Shown: piece by piece, positions 12,551 to 24,921 of the stretch
Layout: every line of letters starts with the position of its first letter
Numbering within the stretch: the stretch's first letter is position 1
DNA from: Balamuthia mandrillaris
Taxonomy: Eukaryota
Direction of reading: 5' to 3'
NCBI GenBank assembly: GCA_031835245.2
Contig: JAVKOQ020000113.1
Span: forward strand, 124,001-164,036
Length of the DNA: 40,036 nucleotides
The notes under the pieces: generated by a model
What the model saw: the letters and a program-made list of their open reading frames with translations, nothing else
What the model was told of the DNA's origin: nothing
Databases searched by the model: none
Position numbers and translations under genes: made by a program

Positions 12551-12764
12551 AAATGAACGACAAATTTTTCAAAAAACGAATTATTCCGAATAGTGCGTGG
12601 CTGTAATAACGGAGGAGACAAGCAAGGCCATACGAACAGAGAAGCCTTCTCTTTTTCCTTTTGGCTGTAGTAACGGAGGAGGCCTGTCCTGTTTAACACT
12701 TGGTCAAGTGTGTGCGTGTGCTCTGTTCAAACGTTTGAAACGTGCAAAGAAGAAGAAGAAGAAG

Positions 12765-15700
12765 ATGGCTTCTTCACAAGAAGTCGGTGGCCGGCTATAT
12801 TTGACCGGTTTGTTCCTTTCTTCTTTTGTTCTTCTTCCGCTTTTTTCAACTCTTTCCTCCAGGGTTAATCCTTTTCATTCTTTCTTCTCTCTTCTGGGTG
12901 TGTTGTTTCTATTGGGTGGATCGGATATTGTTGAAAAAAAAAAAGTGGTGGGAGGACGAAACCTTGCCAGTCAAAGACCAGTGCAAGGTTCCATCGATCC
13001 CTACTGCATCATTTCTGGCGGCAGAGAAAAGTACAAGACGCAAGTACAGGAAAAGGTTTTCTTCTTCTTCACCGCTAGCTTCTCGCTTTTTTTAAATGCT
13101 TTGTTCTTATATTTTCTAAATGCCAAGACGAACTCGCCGCAATGGAATGAAGACTTTCAGATGTACAGTACCTTCTTCTTTTCGTTTCGCCTATGCGTGA
13201 CTTTCATCTTATTCTCTCTCTCTCTCTCTCTCTCAACTGGTTTTTGCAACCGAAGAAACGTTTTGGAGCCATTTACAAAGCTGGAGGTGAGCGTGTGGAG
13301 CCATGGCAGTGAAGACTTTTTAGGTTTGCAAGTCCTGCTTTGCTTTTTCTTCCTCTTCTGTTTGTTTTGTCGTCGCTTTCTTGTAGTGTGGTTCATTCTC
13401 TCTCTTCTCTCCTCTCTTCTCTCTTCTCTCTTCTCTCTTCTCTCTTCTCTCTTCTCTCTTCTCTCTTCTCTCTTCTCTCTTCTCTCTTCTCTCTTCTCTC
13501 TTCTCTCTTCTCTCTTCTCTCTTCTCTCTCTTGTTTTTCCAAATGAGCAGGAAAGGTGGTGTTGCCGTTAGTGGATTATAGCGAGGACGCTGCTGCCCAG
13601 AACTGGTTCACTCTGCAGCCACGCAGCGAGGCTGACACCTCTGTCACTGGTGATATCGAGCTTAAGCTTCAATACAAATATGTTCGGGTATGTTATCTTT
13701 TCTTCTTATTATTTCTTCGGTGTTCGTTTTTCTCGTTTACTGAGTCTTACCTCCATGCTTCTCTGTTTCTCTATTTCCTCCATTTCTTCTTCTTTCACTT
13801 CTTGTTATCTCGTTCTTGCTTTGATGATACTAATGCGATTGGTCATGATAATGTGAAGGAATGGGAGATATTATATCAAGGAATGCAGCAAATGAAACGA
13901 CAGGATTGGAGGGGCGCTTTGCAGAGTTTGACAAGAGCTATTGATCAGTTTCCTGATGAGGAAAACCTCTATAGTTCGCGCTCAGCTGTCTGCGTGGAGC
14001 TAAAGATGTCGCAGGAGGCTCTTGCTGATGCTCAGAAACTCATCAACCTTAATCCGAATTCTGCTGAGGCATGATCCTCTTGCTTCTTCTTATTCTTCTT
14101 CCTCCTTTCCCTTCCTCTTTTTCTTCTTCCCTCGAAACTAACACATCTACAAATAGGGCTACTATAGGACAGGAATGGTTTATATGGCGGAGGAAGAGTA
14201 CCTTCACGCGGAGGAGGAGTTCTTGAAAGCTCTCCGTTTCAATTCGCGTGATAGTCGGGTGAAAAGTGCCCTTGATGACATCAAACATCGTTCCACGAAG
14301 CACAGAGTAAGAGAGGCCATCGCCAACGGTAAAGCCGCATTCACCGAGCGAGGAGACTATAATACTGCTATTAAACATTTTACAGACGTATATCTCTCTT
14401 CTCCACATCTTCGCTCTCCCTGATGAGTAACAAACGTCTTATAGGCACTGGAAGGCAACCCACATAACTGTGCGCTTTATACGTACAGAGCGACCGCTTA
14501 CATGGCTTTGGGAAAGCTGGAGGAAGCCGCTTTGGATGCTATGAAGATTGTTCAAATAAATCCCGATTGGCCCAAAGTACATTCCACCCTATGTTATTCC
14601 TCTGGATTTTTCTTGTCTTCTTTCTCCTTTTTCTTGCTTCGTTAACACGAATACCAATAATTACAAGTCTGAAAGCACAAAGAGTGGTTATTTGGAGAAG
14701 AAAGGCAAGATCAACGTAATGATGCGCCGCCGTTGGTTTGTCATGAAGCATTACTTCCTCTACTACTATAACACCGAAAAGGTTTTTAATCTTTTGCCCT
14801 TCTTTTTTAAAAAAAAACCTCTCAACTTTAAACATAGCACAAAAGAAGACACAGACCTGACTTTTCTTTGTTGCTGGTAGGACGCAGAACCGAATGGAGT
14901 GGTCGTATTGGCCAACTTTCGGCTGAAACGACGACGTGGCAAAGGCTTTGCCTTGAAGACACCAGGTAGAGCCTACGAGCTGAGGGCCGATAGTGAGTTG
15001 GAGAGCGATGCTTGGGTGGACGTCCTCCAATCAGTTAGCGGGCCTAGGTTCATCCTTCCTGTGGACAAGAGCGACAGTGTCATTTACTTCCGCACTGCTC
15101 AGGATCGTACCAGCACTTATACAAAGATCAATCCGTTGAAGGTTAGTCTTGTTTCTTTCTGTTTGTGGTTCCTTCCTATCTTTCTTCTCTCCCTCCCCCT
15201 CTCCTCTCTCTCTCTTCTCTCTCTTCTCTCTCTTCTCTCTCTCTCTCTCTCTCTCTCTCATAATGACCTTGTGCAGTTGGCCAACTCCGTACAAAGAAAA
15301 TTCAATAGCGCGGTAATTATACTTCCTCCAGTTGCTTCTCGTCTCTCGCTTTGCTTGTTCTCTACTCTTTTGTTCTAACATTATTCTTCCCATAAACAAA
15401 ACCAAACCTAACTAACCTAACCAGATGACAACAATAACACTGCAAAATCCGGATTGTATGGGATGGTTAGAAAAATCAGGAGAGTATAGCGATGTCTTCC
15501 AACGCCGTTGGTTCATCCTCAAAATGAAGACTCTGTTCTATTTTGTAGACCAACAGGAGCCCAATCCTCGCAACGTCACTCCTAAAGGACAGATCGCTTT
15601 GGAGGGAGCTCATTTTCAGACCATCAGCGAGTTGGGCCATCAGTTCAGCATTGTCACTCCTGACAGAACGTTTCAGTTGAGAGCAGATAACGCGGAGGAG

Positions 15701-16351
15701 TATGCCAAGTGGAAGAACAAGCTGTTGCCAGTTTGCCCAGAGACTCAAGTTCGAGAGGAGACATTGGAGGAGAATGAAGAAGCGGAGGGTGCAGGAGAGA
15801 ATGCAGCAGGAAAACAAAAAGAGAAGCGGCAACAGGAGTTCTTTGACGGCTCAGCTGCATCTGCATCTCCACGAAGATCATTCTTCATGGATGTACAATC
15901 GAAAGGAGCAGAGTCGCAGCAGCAACAACAAAGCAGTGCCCGCTCCAAATGGGGAAGTCAACAAGAATCAGTGATAGACTCTTCTCCTCAACAGTACAAA
16001 CCACAAAGAGAAGATACAGGAGGAAGCTCTTTGGAGGATCTCATCAACCATTCCTCCTCTTCCTCTGCCTATACTGCCTCTTCCCGAGGCAGAAGAGGAA
16101 ACGACATCTCTTCCTCTGAAAACAGATACTTTCAACGTTTTGGCTTGAACTCGCCCATGTCTTCTGATGTGGAGACCGTAAATCCTTTTGGTTCTTCTTC
16201 TTCGCTTTTGTCTTCCTCTGGCGGTGGCAGTCATCATTCTTTGAAGGACTTGAGCAATCTTGGAGGAGTAGACATTGAAACGCCGTTGTTAGGCGATCAT
16301 CATTACCACCAAAAGCAGGATGGCTGTTGTTCCCATTGTCTCCTTTGCTAA
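12765..16351 (+). CDS. C2 domain - TPR repeats - tandem PH domain protein with Cys-rich C-terminus (multi-exon)
   Basis: C2: GRNL..GSIDPYCII..KYKTQVQ..TNSPQWNEDF..LEVSVW..DFLG..WFTLQPR..GDIELKL. TPR: ALQSLTRAIDQFPDEENLYSSRSAV..ALADAQKLINLNP. PH1: SGYLEKKGKINVMMRRRWFVMK..AWVDVL. PH2: MGWLEKSGEYSDVFQRRWFILK..KWKNKL. Ends DGCCSHCLLC*. Confidence 0.9.
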
Positions 16352-16753
16352 GTAACTGAAGTAGTCAACATAAAGAAAATAGAATGGAATGCGTAATCTG
16401 AATACTTTTGTTCCACAGGCGCACACAACCCGTGCCACTCTGGTGGTTGATCGGACTAGGTGTTCAGAACACCTTCTTCTGAACACTGGGAACACTGACA
16501 TTGTTAACAACAGCAACAGCTTCACTAAAGTTGTTGGATAGGTTGGTAGCAAAGGCAAGTTGGAGCTTTGAGAGATAAAGTGATTGAAAAGATTGCTTTA
16601 ACTGAGGTGCACAGAACGCTTGCAACATGGTTAACAAGGAGGTAGGTCAAGGTGGAATAGAGCCTAGCAGATGGATTAACAATACTAGCAAGTTATTCTA
16701 GTGCTCTTCTTTTATTGGGGTTGAGGTCATGGCAGCTTTTTCAATATCCTCTG

Positions 16754-16865
16754 TGTCAGTTGAATCCAACCTTAGAAATAAAAGAGTTGGTGGCAAGACA
16801 AGAAGTGTATTCAAGAAAATAGGAAAGGAACAACAAGAGTGAATCTCTGATGTTGCTTTGATTGA
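16754..16865 (-). mobile_element. Degraded fragment of LTR family A (a second, more decayed piece at about 17144-17255)
   Basis: gttgaatccaaccttagaaataaaagagttggtggcaagacaagaagtgtattcaag aligns by eye to the solo LTR at 28119-28354. Confidence 0.75.
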
Positions 16866-17259
16866 GAGAAATATTTAAGATAATTAAAACATCAAACACT
16901 ATGTCTTATGATATTTGTTGAAAAATAAAACAATTTCTTTTCTTTCATATATATCAAGTTATATATTTTCACACACTGGTTGGTGTATTGAGCAGCAGGA
17001 AGAAAATGTGTCAGTGGGTCTATTCATTATTCATTGGCTCAGGGGTAATAAGCTAAGTTGAAATGGAGTTCAAATCCAAGAAAACATGGATAGAAACACT
17101 CCTTAACTGCTTTATACAAAAGGGTATCATAGTGTAAAGACTTTGTTAGTTGAATCCAACCAAAGAACTAAAAGATTCAAAGACAAAAAAGAATAAGAGT
17201 GAATCTCCTACATTGCTTTTCTCTCCTTTCACCATTTCTCTCAGTGTACTTTGATTATG

Positions 17260-17413
17260 TAGGGTTGAAGAGTGTCTTCCTGGTTCCTCAGTTTTAAACT
17301 CAGGAAGGCAGGAAAAAGATCAATAATGACTGGCATAAGCTAATTGACAGAAATGAAAAAAGGAATGAAAAATGAAATAAAGAAAGAGTTGGCTATGTTG
17401 GCAGTTGCCAACA
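17260..17413 (-). mobile_element. Degraded 5' fragment of LTR family B
   Basis: The reverse complement begins TGTTGGCAACTGCCAACATAGCCAACTCTTTC, matching the starts at 18578 and 22754. Confidence 0.75.
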
Positions 17414-18728
17414 TATACATGTGTACACTTCCTTTCTTTCTTTTCCATTGATTTGCACATATATATACACTTTCTTCTTTTTCTTTTTCCTTGTTTGTGC
17501 TTAGGTCATATTTTTTCCATACACCTCTAGTAACAAAGTGGCTATAATAAGTCTTTCAGGTATAAGAAGAAACAAAGGAAAATGAGAAAGAGAATACAAA
17601 CAATATAGTTTTTTTCTTGACAAAGACCTGTTCACATCCCTTTTTTGCCTTTTTTACCTGATAAGCAATCAGGGAAGGGGTGTGCCAGTGTAAGGATTTT
17701 TTTCCTTTTCTTGATAATAGCTATGACAACTTTCTCATCTCCTCCCAAACAACTCTATTCTTCACTTTTCTATCCATGATGATGTCACTCCTCCTTCCTT
17801 TTTCTTTGCCCACAGTACCCACAAAGAAGAGATGATAAAAAAATCATGCCCATCTACAAAGAAGAGAGGGATTGTGAGCCATTTCACTTGTAAAGAAGTG
17901 AGAATTGAAATGATTGCAACGAATACAGAGAAGGTTTGTGAATGACTTCCCTTGATGGAGAAGAGGGATTTCCTTTCAGTGAGTGTGGGAATGAGCAGTG
18001 ATCCTTCCTTCCTTCAGATTGGCAACTCGTGTGCCAGTTCTTTCACCGTCATCTCAACTCACAATGGCCTACCTGTCTTCGCATAGGCGAAGAAAAAGGA
18101 AGAAGGGAGTGATATCATCATCTTTGTGGACAGGAAAGAGAAGAAAAGTGTTGTGTGAGAAGATAAAATAGTTGTCATCAGCTGGTTGCTCAATTCTTTC
18201 TTCTTACATGTGACAGTGGTTCACAATCTCTCCCTTCTTTATAATTGAAATTTTTTCATAATTGCTCTTCTCTTTGCTAAGGGCAACACAAAATGTTTAG
18301 ACAAGAAAAAAGGTTTGCAAAAAACATGTTCTAAACAAAAAAGGGCACCCCTTTTTGAAAATTATAATAAAATCCATTGTTTTATTATTTATAAAAATTA
18401 TTTATTTATCTTTGAAAAAGAATTTAAGAGTAGTATATATATTTTTATGTCCTTTGAAATTATTTAAACAAAATCTCATTATTTAAAGAATATAACTTTA
18501 GATATTTGCTTACAATTTTATTTTTAATTATGTTATACTACTTATGCAACTACTTGAAGAATATAGCAAAAGACCTTTGTTGGCAACTGCCAACATAACC
18601 AACTCTTTTCTTCTTGTTCTTCCTTCTTTCTTTCTCTTCGGTCTATTTCTGCTGACAACCAACATCACCTCTTCGATCAATCTTGTCAACACCGAAAATC
18701 AACTTGTTGTTTCCAGTCTTTTCCCCTG

Positions 18729-19651
18729 TAGCCCCGCCATCATTGCTATTGGCCCAAATGCTTTGATTTACTATTGGCTTAGTAATAGGAATTTCATTAG
18801 TTTGAAATTATTCCTCGAATAAATTGATTAGGGTTACCACAGGCAGCTATTCCTTTTTCTTTTCGCTCAACAAACTACACGAACAAACAAACAAACAACA
18901 GTGTTCCAAACAAACCATGCCCCGACAACGACGCCCACAAGTTTTGTGTAAGAACTGCAAAAAACGTTTCACGCCACACTACAAAGGTTGGTGCTACACT
19001 TGCTTATCCAACCAAAAGGAATTCAATGGGCGCAAGCGCTGCTATGCTGCCAGGAAGCGCAACAAAGAACGTCAACGACGGCTACTGGAACAACAGCAAC
19101 AGATGGCAGCGGAGACTATGGAGCATGTTGCACATGAGCAAGAGCCTGAGTTGGAAGAGGAGCAGCCGCCTTCCATGGAGGTTCCTTCAAGCCCACCCGA
19201 GCAGCCCTCTCGCCGCCGCTCTCGAGCCAACCGCAAGGCCTTCCCAGACAATGAGCATGCCTGCTTTGCAATGCTACGAGCTCAATGCTTGACCAGCGCA
19301 GAGGCTGGCGCCAAAGCTTACAAAGCGGTCCTTGCTTGCCATGGCATTTCTGTTTGTCAACCTTCTGCGGATACCATCCACCGAGCTACTGTGGAGGGTG
19401 GGATCTTGGCCGACTATGCTATGATTCGTCTGTTGGTAGAGTCCAAAGACCTCTGGGTAGGCATTGATGAGTCTTCCAAAGTGAATGGCCGGTCTTTTGT
19501 GGAGATTGAATTTGCTGGCTCTCACCCTAAGCTTGGCTTTGTTCTCTACCCTGCTGCTGTTATAGAGGTTATTTCTCACACTTCTGAAAACATGCTTGGC
19601 TACATTGAAAATACTTTAGCAGGTACTTAACGTCTCTCTTCCTGTTCGCCT

Positions 19652-19682
<31 letters not shown>

Positions 19683-21521
19683 TGCTCTCTCTCTCTTTAA
19701 TCTCTTTATCTCTCTGTCCTCTTTTTTTCTCTTTGTTTACTCTTGTTATGCTACTCTTTCTATTAAAGAGCTAAACCAAAAGGGATTAGAACAAGGCCTT
19801 TCTGCTATTAAGCTTTGGGAATTCCGTTCCATAACATTTGATCTCACCAGCTCCAATTCTGGAAGGATTGGTGGCCTTGGACACTTGCTCAATGAACGGC
19901 GGAGACAGCTATGGGAGCAAGAATCCACACCAAAGCCTCCTTTCACACCGCTGCTGGTCAAAGGTTGCGATGATCACATTGCTGCCTTGATTCTTAATGA
20001 ATTCCTCCGCCGTACAAACAAGCTTGCAACTGGGTGAGGTGCTGCTGACCTACTTCAAGCCAATGCGATGGAGGAGAATGAAGAACATGTGGCTGCTGCT
20101 GTCAACGAGAGCAATGGTGTTACCACGGCTTTGAAAAAGCTCTCTTGTTTGTTGCGTGGCCTTTGGAACGCTGATTGGATGGGCTTTGTGGAGCATGAAA
20201 AGGAACACAACCCTAACTTGGTCTCTCACAAGAGCAGGGCCATCCCAAAAGCCTCAAAGACACGCTATGCATCCTATGCTCTCATGGCACGCTTTGTGGA
20301 GGATCATGAAGAGCTTTTGCATTGTTTCCTTGAGAAAAAAGTGGGTGAGCATGCCTTCGCTGATGAAATCCAGACAGGATTGTTTGGCAACTCTCTTGCT
20401 GTGGCAATGCGCAAAGTTCTTGTTTGTGGCTTAAGGTATGCATATTTATTTATTTTTGTTTTTCCCTCGCTTGTGTTTTTCTTAGTTCTTATTTCATCTT
20501 TTTAAAAGCCAAGTGTTGTTGCCGTTGATGCACATCGGTAATCATCACCGAGAACTTCTTCCTTATCTTCATGACTTTCGGTTGCTGCAGCGCCATCTCT
20601 TGGCCTTGGCCTCCAATCCGTTGATGCTGCAACAGTGCTTTGCCTGTCCTGTGCAGAGCTATGCTTCGCCATTGCTGTCAAGCGAGGTTCTACCAACAAT
20701 GGAAAACTTTGCTGCACAGTCTTGGACGGCTCCAGGAGATGACGGAGATCTGCAAGCGCTGCTGGCCAAGGAGTTTATCTCCAGCGCTCTGTTTATGCTC
20801 TACAAGCATGCGGGACAGTTCATGGAAATGAGAGAGGAAGAAGAGGAGGACGACTGGGAAACCTACAGCTTAACACCGAGTCAAGTGGAGGCGGTATACG
20901 AGGCGGAGAAACAAAAGGAAACAGAAGAGGAGTTGCAGGAGCAAGAAGAACAGCAGGCGATGATGATGACGGATGCTGCTACAATGGACCCGCTGGCGGA
21001 GAACCTTGCCGCCTTTTGTCCTACTAATCGCTCTGGAGAAACCATCTTCAGCATGGTCAACCGCCTTTGGCGTGACAACCGCCTCATGAGAGCGCCCATC
21101 ATGCAAGCAGTGGTGAAACTCCGCGCCCTTCCTGACCTCCCCGAGTTCGAGCTGCCAGCTTTATTCCAGCGCTTTGCGGCACGGTTCAAAACTCGCACTC
21201 AGGCCAGAAATTTGCTGGATGAAACGCCTTCCTGTGCTGAAATCACCCGAACTCGCTACGAAGGTCGCTTGGAGCAACAAGAAAGCACGCGAGCACGGAA
21301 CCAGCGCCGTCAACAAGATGATCACAGGGAGAAGCCCATTTGAGACTTCCTGCAGCAGCGCTATGGCTTTGTCCTGCCGTCTGGCAAGCGCCTCACTGTG
21401 AAGCACATGAAGGACCACATGCGGCGTGTGAAGGGTGACTATCCCCAGCTTCGACTTTGCCTTGGCAACCAGCGAGAGGAGACAGTGAACAACTTCCTGC
21501 AGTTCCTGGAACAGCTTGGCG

Positions 21522-21557
<36 letters not shown>

Positions 21558-22440
21558 TCCTGCAGCCACCGAGGCGGTCTCAGCAGCAGCGACAGTAACT
21601 CCTACTGCTCTTCTTATGTATTGTTTCTCCTTCTCTGCAGGGTGACAGTGTGCCACAGCATCTGTTAGCACTTTGACCTTACATTAGACGTGAGTGGAGA
21701 TGGCAACGCAAGACTGTCTAGTGGAGGGGGTGAGGAGAGGTTTATTCATACGGGTGGGCGTCGACGCATTAAGTGGTGGTGGCGGTTTGGGTACTGTGCG
21801 CACGGACCTTTACTTAGCTCCCCACGCCCTCTCTTTACCCCTGAAGCTGGATGGTGGCGGGTTGTTGTCTTCTGCTTGCCCTTTTGTTTTGAGATGAGTG
21901 TGAAATGGCGCTGTTGTGGTACTCTGCATCCTTGTTGTCAGCCCAAAAAGCAGAACTGCAATGGAAAGGAGCCAAGACATGGGGTTCAAGAGCACGGAAG
22001 AGGCGCCGTGTTCTTGGGCTTCGCCTCTCTTGTCTTGTGCTTTCTTTCTGTGCAGGGAAGCTGAAGTGGTGGGCAGCAAAAAAAAAAGTAAAAATAAATA
22101 AAGAATTCATCCAAAATGGTGACTATGTCATAAGAGCAAAGAGAGAGACAGAGAGACAGCGAGACGGAGAGACAGGGAGAGGGAGAAATGGAAAAATGAG
22201 AAAGAGTGGAAGGAAGAGAAGAGAAGAGAAGAGAAGAGAGAATGTAGACAGAAATAAAGCAAAAAGTGTAGGTTAGGGCTAGACACAACTCTTTTAAAAA
22301 GGAAAGTGCGATGAAACGACGGGGTAGTGGACACAACGGTAGACATAGGCCATCTACCAATAGAAGTTCGATTTTTGAGGTATTTGATTGAAATTTCTGT
22401 ATTTCTACCCTATAGACTTTCATATAAAGTCGCAGGGCTA
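18729..22440 (+). mobile_element. hAT-like cut-and-paste DNA transposon, 3712 bp, short imperfect TIRs, apparent 15-bp TSD
   Basis: Ends TAGCCCCGC...GCAGGGCTA (9-bp TIR, 1 mismatch). Flanked by the identical direct repeat CAGTCTTTTCCCCTG (18714-18728, 22441-22455). Contains a DDE transposase gene. Confidence 0.85.
18917..21598 (+). pseudogene. Spliced hAT-like DDE transposase with two in-frame TGA stops
   Basis: Exons about 18917-19622, 19769-20435 and 20509-21598. N-terminal CxxC..CxxC; WVGIDESSK (D1); ITFDLTSSNSGRIGG (D2); GCDDHI (CxxH); KTRYAS (TRW-like); PTNRSGETIFS (E). TGA at 20035-20037 and 21341-21343, with the frame continuing afterwards. Confidence 0.8.
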
Positions 22441-22753
22441 CAGTCTTTTCCCCTGAAGTTTCTTCAAGTTTAGAAATTGAGAATTGGCAATTTCGCTGAT
22501 GGACCCTCGAACTCTGGTCCTTAAGGTTCCCTTCCTAACTATAAATTGGTTCTTCTTTCATTTTCTTCACTTGGGGTTGCAGTTCACAAACAGAGGACAA
22601 ATATACACACAATCACACACTTATCTTTTCTCTTTCATGCATTAAATTACATTGGGCTCTCGTCACTCTGTTGTTTCTTTTCTTTGTTCTATTCTCTTTG
22701 TCTAACACCTTTAATAAAATGAGAGAAAGCATAAAAAAATAGGGGATCTCTAT

Positions 22754-23144
22754 TGTTGGCAACTGCCAACATAACCAACTCTTTCTTCGTTTCTTTCTTC
22801 GTTTCTTTTCTCTTTTCTGTCGACAATCTCACGTCAGCTATCATCGATCTTTTATATCGACACCAAGCCATTCCGAAGATCTTTCTCCTGCCTTCCCTGG
22901 AACTTTCCCGAGCCTAGAACTTAAGAACAAAGAAACCAAGAAGTCACTCCCCAACCCCGAGCCCCTTTCCTTCCTTGGTTGCCTTCTCAACTATAAATAC
23001 TTTTCCCACAACCAAGAACAGACAGACGAACAAACAAAGAAACAACATACTTACAAACACACTTGTTTTCTTCCTCTCATTAAATACGTTTGGCTCCCGT
23101 CTTTCTCTTGGTTCCTGTCTTGGTTCTATGCTCAGGTTCTAACA
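22754..23144 (+). mobile_element. Solo LTR, family B (391 bp)
   Basis: TGTTG...TAACA termini, 4-bp TSD CTAT (22750-22753, 23145-23148), TATA-like ctataaata and ATTAAA polyA-like signal. Confidence 0.9.
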
Positions 23145-23352
23145 CTATTAATAATCAAAATACTGCTTTTCTGTGTATTGATTGTTTGTGAAGAACAGAT
23201 TTTAATAATCTTATAAGGTCCTCCTTTTCAACTATATCAATGTTTCTCAGACTCACCAATTAACATTATCTTGGAGTGAATGAGTACCAAGTTCCTTCAG
23301 TTCTCTATGTTACTTCTGTATCTTTTTTTGCATTGCAGGAAGCAGTATTAAA

Positions 23353-23588
23353 TGTATGGTAACATCACCAACACTTATCTCAAGACTCCTCATGTTGGAT
23401 CCATCCCGGACCCTCAACTCTCCTTTCTTTTGTATCCCCCATCCTTTCTTTCTCTCTTTTCCCCTTTCTCTCAGTGTACTTTGAAGCAATGTCGGAGATT
23501 CACTCTCGTTGTCCTTCCTCTATTCTCTTGAATACACTCCTTGTCTCGTCACCAACTCTTTCCTTCCTAAGGTTGGATTCAACCAATA
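23353..23588 (+). mobile_element. Solo LTR, family A (slightly decayed; inverted relative to 28119-28354)
   Basis: Near-complete reverse complement of 28119-28354; flanks TAAA/TAAG are a probable mutated 4-bp TSD. Confidence 0.85.
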
Positions 23589-24921
23589 TAAGCACAGGTA
23601 CTTGAGTGCCATGAATGAGTAGTTGTGACACCTGTGAAAGAAAAGAGGAAAGGGCAATAGAGCTGTTGATAGAAAGGTTAAAACCATCAACTAGTCTGGC
23701 TTTCATCCCATGAAGTCTTGTTGTTGTCAAAGAGGTGTTGACTTTGTGTTATCAACATTTGTTAAAGCTCAAGAAAAACGAAAAATGGTAGAGAGAAAAT
23801 GATTTGAGGAAGTGCACATGCATGTGCAGATTGAAGAAACATAAAAAGATAGCGGAGAGAAAATGATTTATAGGAAGTGTGCATACATGTGCAGATTGAA
23901 GAAAAAGATTACCTCACCAACTTGAAGTTTGCAGCGGGCAGCAGACAACTGAAGCACATTTCCTATTTTCTTCTTTCCTTTCTTTTTTTCCTTTTCCCCC
24001 TTTTTTCTTTTGCTTATGTCGACAAAAATCCAACTGGACACTGATGGAAGTAGGTAGCGATCTGCCAATCCTTTATTTCTTTATGATGGCATTTATCAGT
24101 GAGCTTCATGGTTATGACACTGATGGTAGTACCAGCACTCCTTATTCTTCTCATAGTTTGTGTTCTTTTCTCTTTCTTCTTTGTTTCTCTTTTTCCTTTT
24201 TTCTTTCTCTTTTTTCTTTTATCACTCTCTCTTGTTTTCTTGCTCTTGCCACATTCTCTTCTATATCCCAAGTATTTACTATGTTTTCCCTGCCCATGAC
24301 CAGGAGGAGCTCAGCAGTGGTAAGAGAGCATAAGCACACTCTGGCACAAGGACTTGTCCTGAAGGAACAAAGGATCTGCTGTAGAGTCTTCAAGGGCCTT
24401 GCTACCAGGAAGGAAAGGGTAGAGGAAGGATGGTCAAGGCCTTGTTGATAGCTAAAGTGGTTCCACCAGGAGAAATGCAGTGACCTACATTTTTTTTAAG
24501 TGCAGTGACCCTATAAGCTAGTACAACACAGACCAGGACTTTTGATTCTGGCCATCATCCCAGTGAAAAACCGCTTTTTTGAAGGGAACCACACTGGTAG
24601 TATTATTATCAAAGGTCTTACAATTTGTATCCTAGGCAATGTTATAAAATACACAAATGTTATCAAAAGGGATAATACTTTACATATTTATAAAGTTGGT
24701 AACAGGTTAAGTGTTTTTTTTATCTTTTAAAGATACTTTATTGATATCTTGTTTTCATCTAAAATACATTTCTTATGTTCACTTTTTTGTTTCTTTTGTT
24801 AAATCAAGCTTTATAAACATTTTTTAAATTTACTAGTAAAAAGTTTCTTTTTTCTCTTTTTTAAAACAAAATGAACATCATTAAATAACTTTGTTTTTAT
24901 TTTTTATTAACATTATAAATA

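Larger units (their letters stand above)
18578..22707 (+). mobile_element. Solo LTR (family B variant, about 403 bp when rejoined) split by a DNA transposon
   Basis: TGTTGGCAACTGCCAACA start at 18578 and ..CTAACA end at 22707. 4-bp TSD CCTT (18574-18577, 22708-22711). The halves 18578-18728 and 22456-22707 parallel the intact 391-bp LTR at 22754-23144. Confidence 0.85.

Noticed and set aside
23790..23905. Two ~50-bp direct repeats about 65 bp apart
   Set aside because: Only two decayed copies with no spacer pattern; a local duplication, not a CRISPR array.
24044..24730. Short ORFs in the spacer before the Helitron end
   Set aside because: No recognisable motifs; low complexity or decayed sequence.
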